This document shows positions 1 to 12,590 of a stretch of DNA of 64,000 bases, piece after piece (position 1 is the stretch's first letter; each line of letters starts with the position of its first letter). The stretch is from Malacoraja senta (taxonomy: Eukaryota). The notes beneath the pieces are model-generated. The model did not search any database. It saw only the letters and a program-made list of their open reading frames with translations, and was not told the origin of the DNA. Where the stretch lies: contig CM075988.1 in assembly GCA_038087875.1 (NCBI GenBank), positions 18,106,001-18,170,000 on the forward strand, given 5' to 3'. The translations under genes and the position numbers were made by a program.

Positions 1-330
1 TCCCCCTCTGACCTTAAAGCTATGCCTTCTTGTCTTTCCCATTTCCATCCTGGGAAACAGGTTCTAACTGTCTCAACTACATGACTTCCTGACTCTTATA
101 CTCTGATGAAGGCATGCTTCCTTTTCCATTTGAGTCTATTTGAGCTGCTACTTTCTGGTAGTTATGGACTTGGAACCCAAAATCTCTGCATCAATGCTGT
201 AAAGGGTCATGCCATTAACTGTATACATTTCCCTTGCATTCGTCCTCTCGCACTTACTGATATTAAACTCACCTGCTATTTCTCAACTCAAAACTGATCT
301 ATGCTGTGCTGTATCCCTTCACAGCTTTCC
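1..330 (-). mobile_element. Decayed CR1-like LINE fragment
   Basis: Reverse complement of a CR1 ORF2 3' segment (ggcatagctttaaggtcagagggg), followed by degenerate CR1-like sequence. Confidence 0.6.
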
Positions 331-1115
331 TCGTAACTAGTTACTCAAACTAATTGCTTCAGTCTTGTGTCCCAGTGCATATACAAAATCCTATATGAAC
401 ATTTATATATTTTTTAAATAAACCCTCGTGGTTCAAATTTGTTCTTTTTGTTAAGAAGTTGAATTATCATTTAACTTAACAGGTGACCGAATTAAGAGAG
501 TCAACTAATCTTGATGCTTGATTTTTATTTGAAGTAATCAGACTTTATGCTTTTTATTTTTAAAAAGCCTAAATTTGAAATCACTGGGAAACAGTGAAAA
601 CTGAGGATTATACTCAAAATGTTGTTACTGTACTTGGAATGCACACGGCTTATTGTTCAGAAGTGCAGCTTTTATTAAAATTTCAGGCCAATTTTAAAAC
701 CACTGCTTTCCAACCAAAGTTTTGAAACTCTGCTCTGAATTGTCTTGCTAGAAGAGCTGGGTACCACACCAGATGTATGGCACCCTTTAGTCTTGCCTAT
801 TAAGTGAATCTAATGAAAAAATCATTGGTCAAGGATCCCGACTTAATGCGTCACCTGTCCATGTTCTCCAGAGATGCTGCCTGACCTGCTGAATTACTTC
901 ACTTTGTGCCCTTTTGTATATTAACCAGCATGTGCAGTTCTTTGTTTGTACTAATGAATGATGTATAGCCTTTTCTTTAACTGGATAGCATTCAAATAAA
1001 AGCTTTTCACTGTACCTCTGTACACTGATTATAATAACCTAAATTGAATTGAACAATTCATTAGTTTTTTTAATTATGCAGGAATTAAATAGTATTTTCT
1101 GAATTGATTGTTTAG

Positions 1116-1169
1116 ATGGGGCCACAGTGGCTACAAGGAACTTTACCCAGAAGAATTTGAATCTGAGAG
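1116..1169 (+). CDS. NKAPD1: NKAPD1 (C11orf57) internal coding exon, 54 nt
   Basis: Flanked by tttag and gtaagt. Translates (R)WGHSGYKELYPEEFESE(S), matching the conserved RWGHSGYKELYPEEFE motif of vertebrate NKAPD1. Its phase-2 end joins in frame to the exon at 3596. Confidence 0.93.
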
Positions 1170-1483
1170 GTAAGTTTTAAAACATATCAACATAGTTGGA
1201 AAGGTGGTAATTTAATGTAATCGTAATCCTGAGATTCTGCTCTGAATCAGGATGGGATTGATGTTATAACATATTTCCAATCTTAATCTGATTTTATTTG
1301 TGTGTGGTGGGACAATGCTAAACGGGCGGTGGATTGGACATGAAAAATCAAAGCAATCTAAGCCTGAGTGGACCATTCAGCCAATATTCTCTCAATATTT
1401 TCTAATCGTGGATCTGTCTTAAACATGAAATGTCTGGATCTCCACAACCCTTTGTGGAAGGGAATTCAAAAGTTCAATGCCAA

Positions 1484-1782
1484 GGGCGGCACAGTGGTGC
1501 CACTACCTCACAGCACCAGAAATCCAGATTTAAAACTGTCTGTGTGGAGTTTGCTCGTTCTCCCTGTGGCCCCACGGGTTTCCACCGGCCGCTCCGGTAT
1601 CCCCCCACATCCCAAAGGCGTGCGGGTTCGTAGGTTAATTGGCCTTTGTAAATTGCCCCTGGTGTGCAGGGAGTGGATGCGAAAGTGGGATAACGTAGAA
1701 CTAGTGTGAATGGGTGATCAGTGGTCGGCGTGAACTCGGTGGGCGGAAGGGCCTGTTTCCATGCTGTGTCTCTAAAAACTAA
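1484..1782 (+). mobile_element. HE1-type tRNA-derived (V-)SINE
   Basis: GGGCGGCACAGTGG tRNA-like head, central gtgtggagtttg...ctccggt..cccacatcccaaag core, CR1-like tail gaagggcctgtttcc...ctaaa. Confidence 0.85.
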
Positions 1783-2314
1783 GTGGGGGAATTTGCCCTG
1801 ATCTGTCCCTTCTTATCTAGATTGAGCCCTGGTCAGAGGCACCTCACTGCAGCTACCTGTGAGAGTGAGGTCATCAAATGTGTCTACCAAAGTGCAGCCC
1901 ACTGTTTAATCTCTCCTTGTGACAAGCCTGTCTTCCTGCAGAGTCAGTCTAGTGAAGAATCTCTGCATTCCTTCTGTCGCTAATAAATCCTCCCATAGGA
2001 TGATCCCTACACGATTGGAGAACATCTCTACACTTGTACCGTATAGGCCCACCACTGATATTCTGGCACCCTTGGTTCCAGAGCCATTCTGGATTGTCCG
2101 TTTTGCTAGACCAACAGAGGTCATGGCCACCGAGAGGAGTGTGACGGTACTAGAACGGTCCGCTGGGGGGACTTCTGGGGGAGGGATTTCAAGTGCGCTC
2201 TCATGATTTGGTCCAGATTAAAGGAGGTGCTGGACCACCAGTTGCCAGATAATCAGTGATGGTCCTGTACTTGAATCCTCTTGCAATATACTGGTTACTT
2301 TCCTATTGCTTGAC

Positions 2315-2540
2315 GGGCAACTTTGTTACACAAAGGGTGGTAGGTATATGGAACAAGCTACCGGAGGAGGTAGTTGAGGCAGGTCTATCACAATGTTTAA
2401 AAAAACATTTGGACAGGTACATGGATAGGATAAGGATATGGGCCAAATGCGGGCAAGTGGAACTATTATAGATGGGGCATGTTGGTCGAAATGGGCAAGT
2501 TGGGCCGAAGGGTCTGTTTTCATGTTCTATGACTCTATCG
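2315..2540 (+). mobile_element. CR1/HER1-like LINE 3' end
   Basis: Translates GNFVTQRVVGIWNKLPEEVVEAG. Tail ctatgactctat. Confidence 0.8.
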
Positions 2541-3073
2541 CTTGCATGTTAACGACATCGAATTGTCTGCATGGATATCCAGATCCCTACGAATCCTAAA
2601 CCATTCTTTCACTATTTAAAATGTACTCCAGATGGAAATCTTGCATTTTCCCACATTTTGTCCCATCAGCTACAATTACTATCAGTGCTCTGTAGGATAC
2701 AATAATGAGGAGCTGGGAGAGGTGTGAGGCAATTAAGGAGGGCACTAACTGGGTTGATGAAAGGAGTGAGGTGAATGTTATCTGTATGGATTTTAAAAGG
2801 GCATTAGACAGTGTCACTAAAGCATGTTAAGAAAGCTGAGGCCTTTCAGGGGTCACAAAGTCAGGAGAAGCTTTTATGGAAAATTGATTGAAGAGAAGGT
2901 GGTCGGAGCAGTACTTCCCAAGGATGCGTGCTAGAGGTGTTCATTTTTTTTTACATTGGACATTGGAGTATAGAGCGAGACGTGTAAAGTTCTAACGGTG
3001 TCTGTGTGGTAAACATTGAGGCCCAGGCCAGACCAGTGGTAACGGCTGTGAACTGACCAGAAACGATCAATGA

Positions 3074-3348
3074 TTTGGTTTAGTTTAGAGATACAGTGTA
3101 GAAACAGGCTTTTTGGCTCACTAAGTCCGAGCCAACCAGCAATCACACTAGCGGCAATTTACAGAAGCCAATGAACCTGCAAACCTACACGTCTTTGGAG
3201 TGTGGGAGAAAACCAGAGCACCTGGAGAAAACCCACGCAGCCACAGGGTGAACGTCAAACTCGGTACAGAAACACCTGTGGTCAGGTTTGAACTCGTGTC
3301 TCTGGCGCTCTAAAGCAGCAACTCGACTGCTGTGCCACTGTGCCGCCC
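3074..3348 (-). mobile_element. HE1-type SINE
   Basis: Reverse complement of the same head, core and (ctaaa)n tail as the copy at 1484. Confidence 0.85.
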
Positions 3349-3595
3349 TTAAACCTTGAAAAGAAAATTTGGATAGGCACTTGAGCGAAATAAACTAGAA
3401 GGAAGATGAGGCTAGAGCTGGTGAATGGGACTGAATCCGTGCGTAGAGGGTGATCACGGACTCGGTGGGCTGAATGGCCTCCTTGCCTGCCATAATAACT
3501 CAACGATCAGGCAGCCACAGGTTGTTCTGGTGTGCACCTCTGCTTGTAGACATTGCAGCTGTGTGTAAGAACTCATCTTTACTTTACATTTCCAG

Positions 3596-4106
3596 CGACC
3601 AGAAGGAGAGCGACGGGCAAGCTGCCAACGGGGAGAAACCCATGCACCCAGAGACCTTGAAACTGGCTTCACACAAGCGCAAGCGCTCGAGTAAAACTAG
3701 CAAGAAGAAACACAAGAAGAAATCTCGGAAGAAGGTGAGGCGGAAGCGAAGCCTGCAGTGTAGCGATTCTTCGAGCGACAGCGCGAGCTCGGTGGAGGAG
3801 GAGAATGGAAGGAAAAGGATGAAGGCAAAGAAACGGAGGGAGAAGGCAGCGGGGCAGCAGAAGGAACAGCCCTGCCAGCCCAGTGACAGTGGCTCGTCCA
3901 GCGCCCACCTCTCCGACACCAGCAGCAAGGACGGCAGCAGTTCCAGCGCTCGGCTGCAGAAAGAGAAGAAGAGAAGGAAAAAGAAAGAGCGGAGGAATGT
4001 TCCAATGGCAGAGGGCGACCGAGAAATCAGAAGCAAGAAACGCAAAAACTGGAAAATTGCACCCAACGATACCTCGGATGAGAGCAGAGACGAAGAGCTG
4101 AACTAG
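3596..4106 (+). CDS. NKAPD1: NKAPD1 last coding exon (Lys/Arg/Ser-rich C-terminus)
   Basis: Polypyrimidine tract plus ccag acceptor ending at 3595. The AG|C junction gives S-DQKE, as in NKAPD1 SDQ. K/R/S-rich tracts end in KRKNWKIA...SDES*, resembling the human KRTNWKVA...SAES terminus. TAG at 4104-4106. Confidence 0.92.
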
Positions 4107-4680
4107 AGGGGTGCTGAGGAGGTGCCTGTGCTCTCCCTAACCTGGGCTATGTGAACCCAGCACTGCGGTCAGGCCAAGTGCATCACTTGGCTTTACTGAC
4201 ACAGTCTGCAAGTGGTGCGGTGCTGGTTAACAGACCAGCCTTTCTCAGAGGTTGCATGGTGATATACTGTCTGGGGCAGCTGCTCCCAATCTGCTGCTGC
4301 CTTTCTCTCAATATTACACGCCATGTAACACCCTGTCTCTTGTGTGGTGAAGGAACCTTTGGGGGCTGGGTCAGTACAGATCCACACTCTGCATTGGATT
4401 GTTCATAAGTTGTAGGTGTGGAGTTAGGCCATTCGGCCCATTAAGTCTACTCCAACATTCAATCGTGGCTGATCAACAGCGCCTCCTTTAGAGTACAGTG
4501 ACGTACTGGAGATGAGGAGGAATTTCTTTAGACAGAGGGTGATGAATCTGTGGAATTCGTTGCCACAGAAGGATGTGGAGGCCAAGTAAAAGGATATTTT
4601 TAAGGTGGAGATTGATAGATTTTTGATTAGTGTGTTAGGGGTTATGGGGAGCCAGGAGAATGGGGTTGAGAGGGGAAGAA

Positions 4681-6276
4681 ACTGCCCTCCATAATGTTGG
4701 CGACAAAGACCCATTTATTTATTTGCCTCTGTACTCAATTTGAGATTTGTAATAGAAAAAATCACATGTGATTAAAGTGCACAGTCAGATTTTAATAAAG
4801 GCCATTTTTACACATTTTGGTTTCACCATGTCGAAATTGCAGCAGTCCCCCCCCCATTTCAGGGCACCATAATGTTTTGGACACAGCAATGTCATGTAAA
4901 TGAAAATAGTCATGTTTAGTATTTTGTTGCATAGCCTTTGCATGCAATGACTGCTTGAAGTCTGCGATTCATGGACATCACCTGTTGCTGGGTGTCTTCT
5001 CTGGTGATGCTCTGCCAGGCCTGTATTGCAGCCATCTTTAGCTTCTGCTTGTTTTGGGGGCTAGTCCCCTTCAGTTTTCTCTTCAGGATATAAAAGGCAT
5101 GCTCAATTGGGTTCAGATCGGGTGATTAACTTGGCCACTCAAGAATTGACCATTTTTTAGCTTTGAAAAACTCATTTGTTGCTTTAGCAGTATGTTTGGG
5201 ATCATTGTCTTGCTGTAGAATGAACCGCTGGGCAATGAGTTTTGAGACATTTGTTTGAACTTAAGCAGATAGGATGTGTCTATATACTTCAGAATTCATT
5301 ATGCTACTACCATCAGCAGTTGTATCATCAAATGATGATAAGTGAGCCAGTACCTTCAGCAGCCATACATGCCCAGGCCATAACACCCCCACCACTGTGT
5401 TTCACAGATGACGTGGTATGCTTTGGATCTTGGGCAGTTCCTTCTCTCCTCCATACTTTGCTCTTGCCATCACTCTGATGTAAGTTAATCTTAGTCTCAT
5501 CTGTCCACAAGACCTTTTTCCAGAACTGTGGTTGTTCTTTTAAGTACATCTTGGCAAACTGTAACCCGGCCATCCTATTTTTGCGGCTAACCAGTGGTTT
5601 GCATCTTGCAGTGCAGCCTCTGTATTTCTGTTCATGAAGTCTTCTGCAGATAGTGGTCATTGACAAATCCACACCTGACTCGTGAAGAGTGTTTCTGATG
5701 TGTTGGACAGGTGTTTGGGGATTTTTCTTATTATAGAGAGAATTCTTCTGTCATCAGCTGTGGAGGTCTTCCTTGGCCTGCCAGTCCCTTTGCAATAAGT
5801 AAGCTCACCAGTGCTCTCTTTCTTCTTAATGTTGCTCCAAACAGTTGACTTTGGTAAGCCTAAGGTTTGGCTGATGTCTCTAACAGTATTATTCTTGTTT
5901 CTCTGTCTCATAATGGCTTTGTTGACTTGGCACAACTTTGGTCCTCGTGTTGATCAAAGGTGATGGAAAGACTGGAGGAAAGACTAGGTGCTGAGAGCTC
6001 TCTGATACCTGCATTAAGGAAGCAATTAAACACACCTGAGCAATTACAAACACCTGTGAAACCATGTGTCCCAAACATTATGGTGTCCTGAAATGGGGAA
6101 CTATGTATAAACACAGCTGTAATGTATACATGGTGAAACCAAAATGTATAAAATTGGCCTTTATTAAAATCTGACAATGTGCACTTTAACCACATGTGAT
6201 TTTTTTCTATTACAAATCTCATATTGTGGAGTACAGAGGCAAATAAATAAATGATGGGTCTTTGTCGCCAACATTA
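4681..6276 (-). mobile_element. Tc1-family DNA transposon (IR/DR type), decayed
   Basis: ~200 bp terminal inverted repeats (4681-~4885 and ~6065-6276), each with outer and inner direct repeats (ccataatgtt...gaca), enclosing a transposase pseudogene. Confidence 0.93.
4916..5935 (-). pseudogene. Tc1 (DD34E-type) transposase, disrupted by a frameshift and stops
   Basis: HTH region with GRPRKT, then [41 protein letters not shown] and a KGYATKY* end. Frameshift near 5715 and in-frame stops. Confidence 0.93.
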
Positions 6277-6612
6277 TCTTTCCCTCTCAACCCCATTCTC
6301 CTGCCTCCCCATAACCCCTAATACACTAATCAAAAATCTATCAATCTCCACCTTAAAAATATCCTTTGACTTGGCCTCCACATCCTTCTGTGGCAATGAA
6401 TTCCACAGATTCATCACCCTATGTCTAAAAAAATTCCTCCATCTCCTTTCTAAAGGTACGTGCTTTTATTCTGAGGCCTCTGATCCTAGACTCCCACTAG
6501 TGGAAACATCCACTCTATCCAGGCCTTTCACTATTCTGTAAGTTTCAACGAGGACCCCCCTCATCCTTCTAAACTCTAGCGAGGAAGAGGCCCTATGCCG
6601 TCACACGCTCAT
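6277..6612 (-). mobile_element. CR1 3' fragment (host of the Tc1; its extreme 3' tail lies at 4402-4474)
   Basis: 4402-4474 (ends ggctgatc) and 6277 onward (tctttccctctcaacccc) are contiguous in uninterrupted copies such as 18252-18685. Confidence 0.8.
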
Positions 6613-8874
6613 TGTATCAGACGGCTCTCACCACCACTGCTGCCATGCACCGTGCCACTGTGGTGGAAACGTTCTGCCATTGGTCCCAATGCTCACTATG
6701 TGTAAGACACACACCCTGTGTAAGATTCTGCTTCTTAGAACACCTCAATCATTTTAAGCAGGCAAATGCAAAAGAGGGCCGCCTAGTTGAATCTGATATA
6801 GATTTCCATTGCTGTAGCTTTCTTTTCTCGACGCGCAGGTTGTTAATAATGAAGGTGATTTCTCCTCAGCTGTATGAATTTGTATTTTCTCAGTGCAGCG
6901 GGACTGAGTTTGTTGGCTTGAGAAGCGTGACGTGAAATTATGTTGACTAAGAGGGGACCTTGCCACCAGTGCCAAAATCAGTGCTCAAAGCTCCTTAAAT
7001 TACGTGTGATCCTATCAGTAAACACATCTCAAAGATGTGGGGGTTTGTGGGTTAATTGGCCTCTAAATCGCCAGAGGAAGAGGAAGGGAGAGGAAGAGAG
7101 GGTGGGATAACATAGAACTAGTGTAAATGGGTGATCGATGGTAGACGTGGATTCGTTGGGCCGAAGGCCTGTTTCCATGCTGTATCTCTAAACTAAACTC
7201 AGCTAAACATGTAACAGAGCTCATTTATTAGTTGCCTCCATCCTTAGATGCTTCATCCTAGCCTCGTTGTGTGATCCAATGATCACTATTAAGTTGATTG
7301 ATTCTTGACCTCTTCCCAGTTTAATTATTTATTATTTTTTGTTATAGAACTTTAAATATTCTTTACACAATCCAAAGATTCTTCATGGGGGGGTGAAACG
7401 TATTAAGGAAAATGTTAGCAATGCAGGGAGGAACTTTAAAAATACGTGTTGGATTATTGAAGGCACTATGATTCATTTTATCTTGATTTAGGACAAAATG
7501 GTGGCGTTTTACTTGACAGATTTTTTCTCGTTCACATCCTGCCATTCGGTGTCCAAGTGGCAATTTCTGCATCGGACAGCAAGACTGTAACAACGTATGT
7601 CCGCTCCGCCTGATTCACGCCCGGCTGATAAGTAACGTGCGTATCTTGTACAAGAGTCCATCAGGCTGAGAAATGCCGAACGTGGCTGCATTGATTCTCC
7701 AACAATTTGCTCCATTAAAACGAGCCAACTCAGCACAGGTTAACAACTGAGTTTAATTTTTTTTTTTTTTTGATTTAACATTAGCCTTCCCTGGAAATGC
7801 TCACACAACCTGTTCCTATCCTTGCACGCAATGGGATGTGGTTCTTCCCACCAGGCAGCTCCTAGGATCCACCTGTCCAGTGCCTGTTCTTTGCGTGAAT
7901 CTGGGCAGAAGTTGTCAACATGTTGAGCTGACCCGATGTGACATGGTGAGGCCCAACACTCCAGCCACTCACTGCTACAGCAAGTAGGCCGTAAGGTACG
8001 TGTGTCTCGGATCAATTAAAGTCAATGCCCTCTAACTATGTGAATGCTCCTGATTCATTCTTCTGAAATTATACTCGTGCAGTGAGTGGGTTGAGTAAAG
8101 CCCAGCCCAAACTTTGCCGGCTTTGGATGGAGAACGTATTAATCAGGCGATTTTTGATCATTAATTTAATGGGAAATCTGTCCCTTTAAATTAAAAACTA
8201 GTGCCATGTTTTTTGACGCAGCAGCTGAGAATATGCACCAACTGAACAGTATTATATACTATTTCACAGTGTGCAGTCAGGTTATATGCATGGTATCTTC
8301 CTACTCCCTGATGCTATTTACCAATAGATATTTTCTGCTCTGAAATGTCAAGGAATATGTCCTGAAACTTACATTCTGGTAAGCATTATTCTTGAAAGAG
8401 AGAAGCCTTTGTGACAATACTGCTTTATGTACAGCTGATGTTGTTTATGCCTTTGTTCTATAAATAGAACCATTGGAGGCGCTGCTTGATAAATACAAGT
8501 GTCTATATAAGACTTGCCTGCGATATATATCGGTTTGTCTTTCCCATGTTGCTAAGTGACGAAAGGTTTTTTAAAGAGATCCATTTTTTGTATTTGATCT
8601 TTAGAATATTAAAGCATGATTTTTTTTTTGCATAAATATTTTAACACTTCTTCGATTGTTGTTGCCTGAACGCTCACATCCACAAACTTTTAGTAATGCA
8701 GTTGCAGGTTTTGAAATCATGTACTATACTGCTCACTTGTCAGGTGCTGTGACGATTACAGAATAAATCCTGAGTGTATTTTTCAAATTTGGTTCTCTCT
8801 GCCGCTGTGATTGACTTCATTCCATGTTGGTTCTCCGTCACTCCATTTGGTGCAACAACATCGCACAACGGCAC

Positions 8875-9158
8875 GGGCCACACGGTGGCGCAACCTTTAC
8901 AGTCGCTGCCTGACAGCGCTTGCGGTGCCGGAGACCCGGGTTCGATCCCGACTACGGGTGCTGTCTACAGAGTTTCTCCCCGTGACTGCGTGGGTTTTCT
9001 CCCAGATCTTCAGTTTCCTCCCGCACAAGTTTGTAGGTTTAATTGGCTTGGTATAAGTGTAAATTGTCCCTAGTGTGTGTCGGGTAGCGTTAATGTGCTG
9101 GGATCGCTGGTGGGCGCGGACTCGGTGGACAGAAGGGCCTGTTTCCGCACTGTATTTC
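8875..9158 (+). mobile_element. HE1-type SINE
   Basis: cacggtggcgca A-box-like and gggttcgatccc B-box head, conserved core, gggcctgtttccgc tail. Confidence 0.88.
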
Positions 9159-9674
9159 TCCCAGATCTTCCAACTATATGGGGGCCAAGTTAAGGCAGAG
9201 ATAGATAGATTCTTGGTTAGTTCTGGTGTCAAGGGTTATGGGGAGAAGGCAGGAGAATGGGAGGGAGTGATAGATCAGCAATGGTTGAATGGTGGAGTAG
9301 ACTTGATGGGCCGAATGGCCTAATCTGCTCCTAGAGCTTATGAAGTCACAGCCCCAACCTTGCTCTGATCAATATGGCTGATGAGTGATTCAATTTCCTC
9401 CTTTCAGTTTCTTGCCTGTCCATCCCCTCCTCAACCCAGTGACCTGGTACTGGCCTGGAGTCTCCTCACCATCACTGCTCCTTTGGTGCACGGTGAGAAT
9501 CCATTTCCAGAGGTAGAAATATCAAAGACTAGTCGACATAGCTTTAAGGTGAGAGGGGCAGAGTTTAAAGGAGATGTGTGTGACGTGTTTTTTACGCAGT
9601 GGAAAGCCTGCCAGGGGTGTGGTGGAGGCAGATATAATAGTGTGCTTAAGAGTTGTTAATTAGGGACATGGATA

Positions 9675-10388
9675 TTAGATTAGATTAGATTAGATTTTAT
9701 TCTTGTCATTTGAACCTCAAAGAGGCTCAAACGAAACTCCGTTTCCACAGCCATACAAACAAAACAATTCCTACACGACACACAAACAATTCAATTTACA
9801 GAAAAACATCCATCACAGTGAATCTCCTCACTGTGATGGAAGGCAAAGTCTCCTCTCTCCCCTGCACCATTTTTCTCCCGATGTTGAAGCCCCCGGCGGG
9901 CGCTGGAATGTCCCGCGGCCATTAAAGCCGCGCCGGGCGATTTACGGCCCCGCTCCGGGTCGTTCCAACCCCGCGACACGGGCGGAAGAAGTTGCGTTGC
10001 GGGAGCTCCGGAAAGCGGTCTCTCACCCGGACCCGCGAGCTCCCGATATCATAGTCCACAGGTCTGCAGCTGGAGCTCCGGAGTCGGGCCGCAGCAGCGA
10101 GCCACCACCGCTCCTCACGCTCCGAGGCCAGCCAGCCCCACGATGGTAAGTCCGCAGCTCCGCAGGCTCCGCGACTGGAGCCCCCAGGTCGTCCCGGTCG
10201 GAGGCTGCTCCAGGGAAAAAGTCGGGTCTCCCGTACAGGGAAGAGATTTTTAAAGTTTCCCCCGCCCCCCACATATACACTGTTAGAAACAGTATAAAAA
10301 AACCCACAAACAACTACATTTAACGAGGCAAAAATAAAAAAAAAGACAAACGGACTGCAGTCGAGCCGCTGCCGTTAGGCGCCGCCAC
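9675..10388 (-). mobile_element. GC-rich non-autonomous retroelement, unclassified family, copy A
   Basis: On the minus strand: GGCGCC 5' end, T-rich tract, CpG-rich core, stem-loop ccatcacagtg/cactgtgatgg, then AATAAA and a (TCTAA)n tail. Same layout as copies B-E. Confidence 0.7.
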
Positions 10389-10661
10389 ACCCACAATATG
10401 CAGGGATGTGGATCAGGAGCAGGCAGAGACGGTTATTTTATCTTGGCATCTGTTTAGCACAGACATTTAGGTTGAAGGACCTGTTCCTGTTCTGTTCTAT
10501 CAAAGCAAAATCAGCATCCGAGTCCATCCGGCTAAACAGTTGTGGGTAGCTCCCTGCTCAGAACTAACTCCACATCTTTACTCCAGCACCTTTTTTATGC
10601 ACCTCTGTTTTATTTTGTAGCCATGTCCTGTTTTTCGTGACTTTCCCAAGAGTGAAGTGTG

Positions 10662-11023
10662 GTTTAGAGATACAGCACAGAAACAGGCCCCGAGTCCATG
10701 CCCACCAGTGATTCACACGCACGCACACGCACACACACACACACGCGCCCACACACACACGCTCGCACACACACACGCGCGCGCACACACGCGCACACAC
10801 ACACACACACACACCCCCGGACCGGACAATTTGCAATGTTTCCAAGCCAATTAACCTACAAACCTGTCTGTCTTTGGAGTGTGGGAGGAAAACGGAGATC
10901 CTGGAGAATACACATGCAGGGCACGGGGAGAACGGTCAAACTCCACACAGACAGCACCCTTGGTCAGGATTGAACCCGGGTGCCTTGCGCTGGAAGGCAG
11001 CAACTCTACCGCTGCGCCACCGT
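10662..11023 (-). mobile_element. HE1-type SINE with internal (CA/CG)n microsatellite expansion
   Basis: SINE head at 11023 and tail at 10662. 10715-10815 is a CA-rich array. Confidence 0.85.
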
Positions 11024-11074
11024 GTTGCCCATTCCCGTTCTCCTTTTCCAACTTATCAAGCACCCTTGTGTTTG

Positions 11075-11272
11075 AATGAGGTCACCTCTGGCATTCAATG
11101 GCCTGACGGTTGTTGGGAAGAAGCTGTTTCTGAATCTGGACGTTACAGTTTCAGACTTCAGCACCACCTTCCTGATGGTCGCAGCGAAATGAGAGTGTGG
11201 CCAGAGTGGTGTGGGTCTTTGATGATGCCGGCTCCCTTTTCGAGGCGGTGCCTCCTGCAGATTCCCCGCGAT
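11075..11272 (-). mobile_element. Rex1/Babar-like LINE 3' fragment
   Basis: Translates ...TVTSRFRNSFFPTTVRPLN, the same C-terminus as the copy at 48457-48957. Confidence 0.7.
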
Positions 11273-11369
11273 TGTGGGAATGATATCATTCCATTCTCCT
11301 TGCTTCATTTTGTATTTTGGTTTATACTCGCGTCAAACAATTTTTGAGTTATTGCAATTTCTTTAGACT

Positions 11370-11648
11370 AGGCCCTTCGGCCCAATGAGTCCGTGCTGAC
11401 CACCCAGTAAACTAGCACTGTCCTACACTCTAGGGACCATTAAAAAAAACAAATTATCAAAGCTAATTAACCTACAAACCTGCATGTCTTTGGAATGTGG
11501 GGGTGGGGGGGAGGGGGGGGGGGACCGGAGAACCCGGAGAAAACCCACAAAGTCAGAGAGAAACATACAAGCTCCATACAGATAGGATCAAACCCATGTC
11601 TCTGGTGCTGTAAGGCAGCAACTCCACCGCTGTGCCACTGTGCTGCCC
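11370..11648 (-). mobile_element. HE1-type SINE
   Basis: Reverse complement head (gggcagcacagtggcacagcggtggag) and core. Confidence 0.8.
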
Positions 11649-12256
11649 TGGTAAAGGTAAAGCAAACAATTCTCCTTACAGTCTCCCTGAGATGTTGGGT
11701 AGGTTTCATCCTGCTGACCAACGTTCCTGTGTGACCAGGTGTATTTATGACAATCCCAAGCTGTGTCAGTGGAGCTGCTTCCTCACCTCCCACCTTGTGC
11801 CATCCATTCCTTGATGAACTAAAAATAAACACTGGGCATTAATTTACTGGGCTGCAGACAGACTCGCACTGAACTGGACGAGTTCATGTTTTTCCATGTG
11901 CACTGTCACAGTGACAAGTCAAAATAGTTAATGAAAAACATGCTGAAAAGTTAAACAAAAGACACGTGCACTGGAGATCAGACGTCGAAGCAGAAGTGAT
12001 GAAAAGTTCTGACGACAGGTCATTGTACTGAACTATTAACTGTTTCCCTCTCCACAGTTACTGCCTGGCCTGCTGAGTATTTCCAGCATTTGTAATTTAT
12101 TTTTACAGCAACATGTGTATTCTAATATGAACAATATGGCCACATAAATGCTGCTGGTGATTGCAAGTCTATTCGTGCAAAAAGACACACAGTACTGGAG
12201 TAACTCAGCGGGCCAGGCAGCATCTCTGGAGAACATGGACCCATCTTTAGACTGAA

Positions 12257-12590
12257 GTCACAAGTCAAGTCAAGTCACATTTATTTATATAGCACATTTA
12301 AAAAACAACTCTCATTGGCCAAAGTGCTTTACATTTGTTATAAGAATAGTATAAACAAACAAACTACATACATATAGCCCTCGCTCAGAGGACGTCAAGA
12401 AAGGCTTGGGAGTATAGATAAGTTTTTAGTCTTGACTTAAAGGAGTCTGATGGGAAGGGGGATGCTGTTCCACAGTCTAGGAGCTGCAACCGCAAAGGCG
12501 CGGTCGCCCCTGAGCTTTATGCCTAGACCGCGGGATATTCAGCAACCCCAAGTCGGCCGATCTGAGGGACCTGGAGGTGGAGTGGTGGGT
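12257..12590 (-). mobile_element. L2-clade LINE 3' end
   Basis: RSLRSADLGLLNIPR...GDRAFAVAAPRLWNSIP-type C-terminus (frameshifted). Tail aaatgtgctatataaataaa plus (gactt)n. Confidence 0.75.

Noticed and set aside
3474..3595. N-terminal part of the 210-aa ORF 3474-4106
   Set aside because: The ATG lies in a CR1/SINE-tail remnant. The real exon starts at the acceptor at 3596, in phase with the upstream exon.
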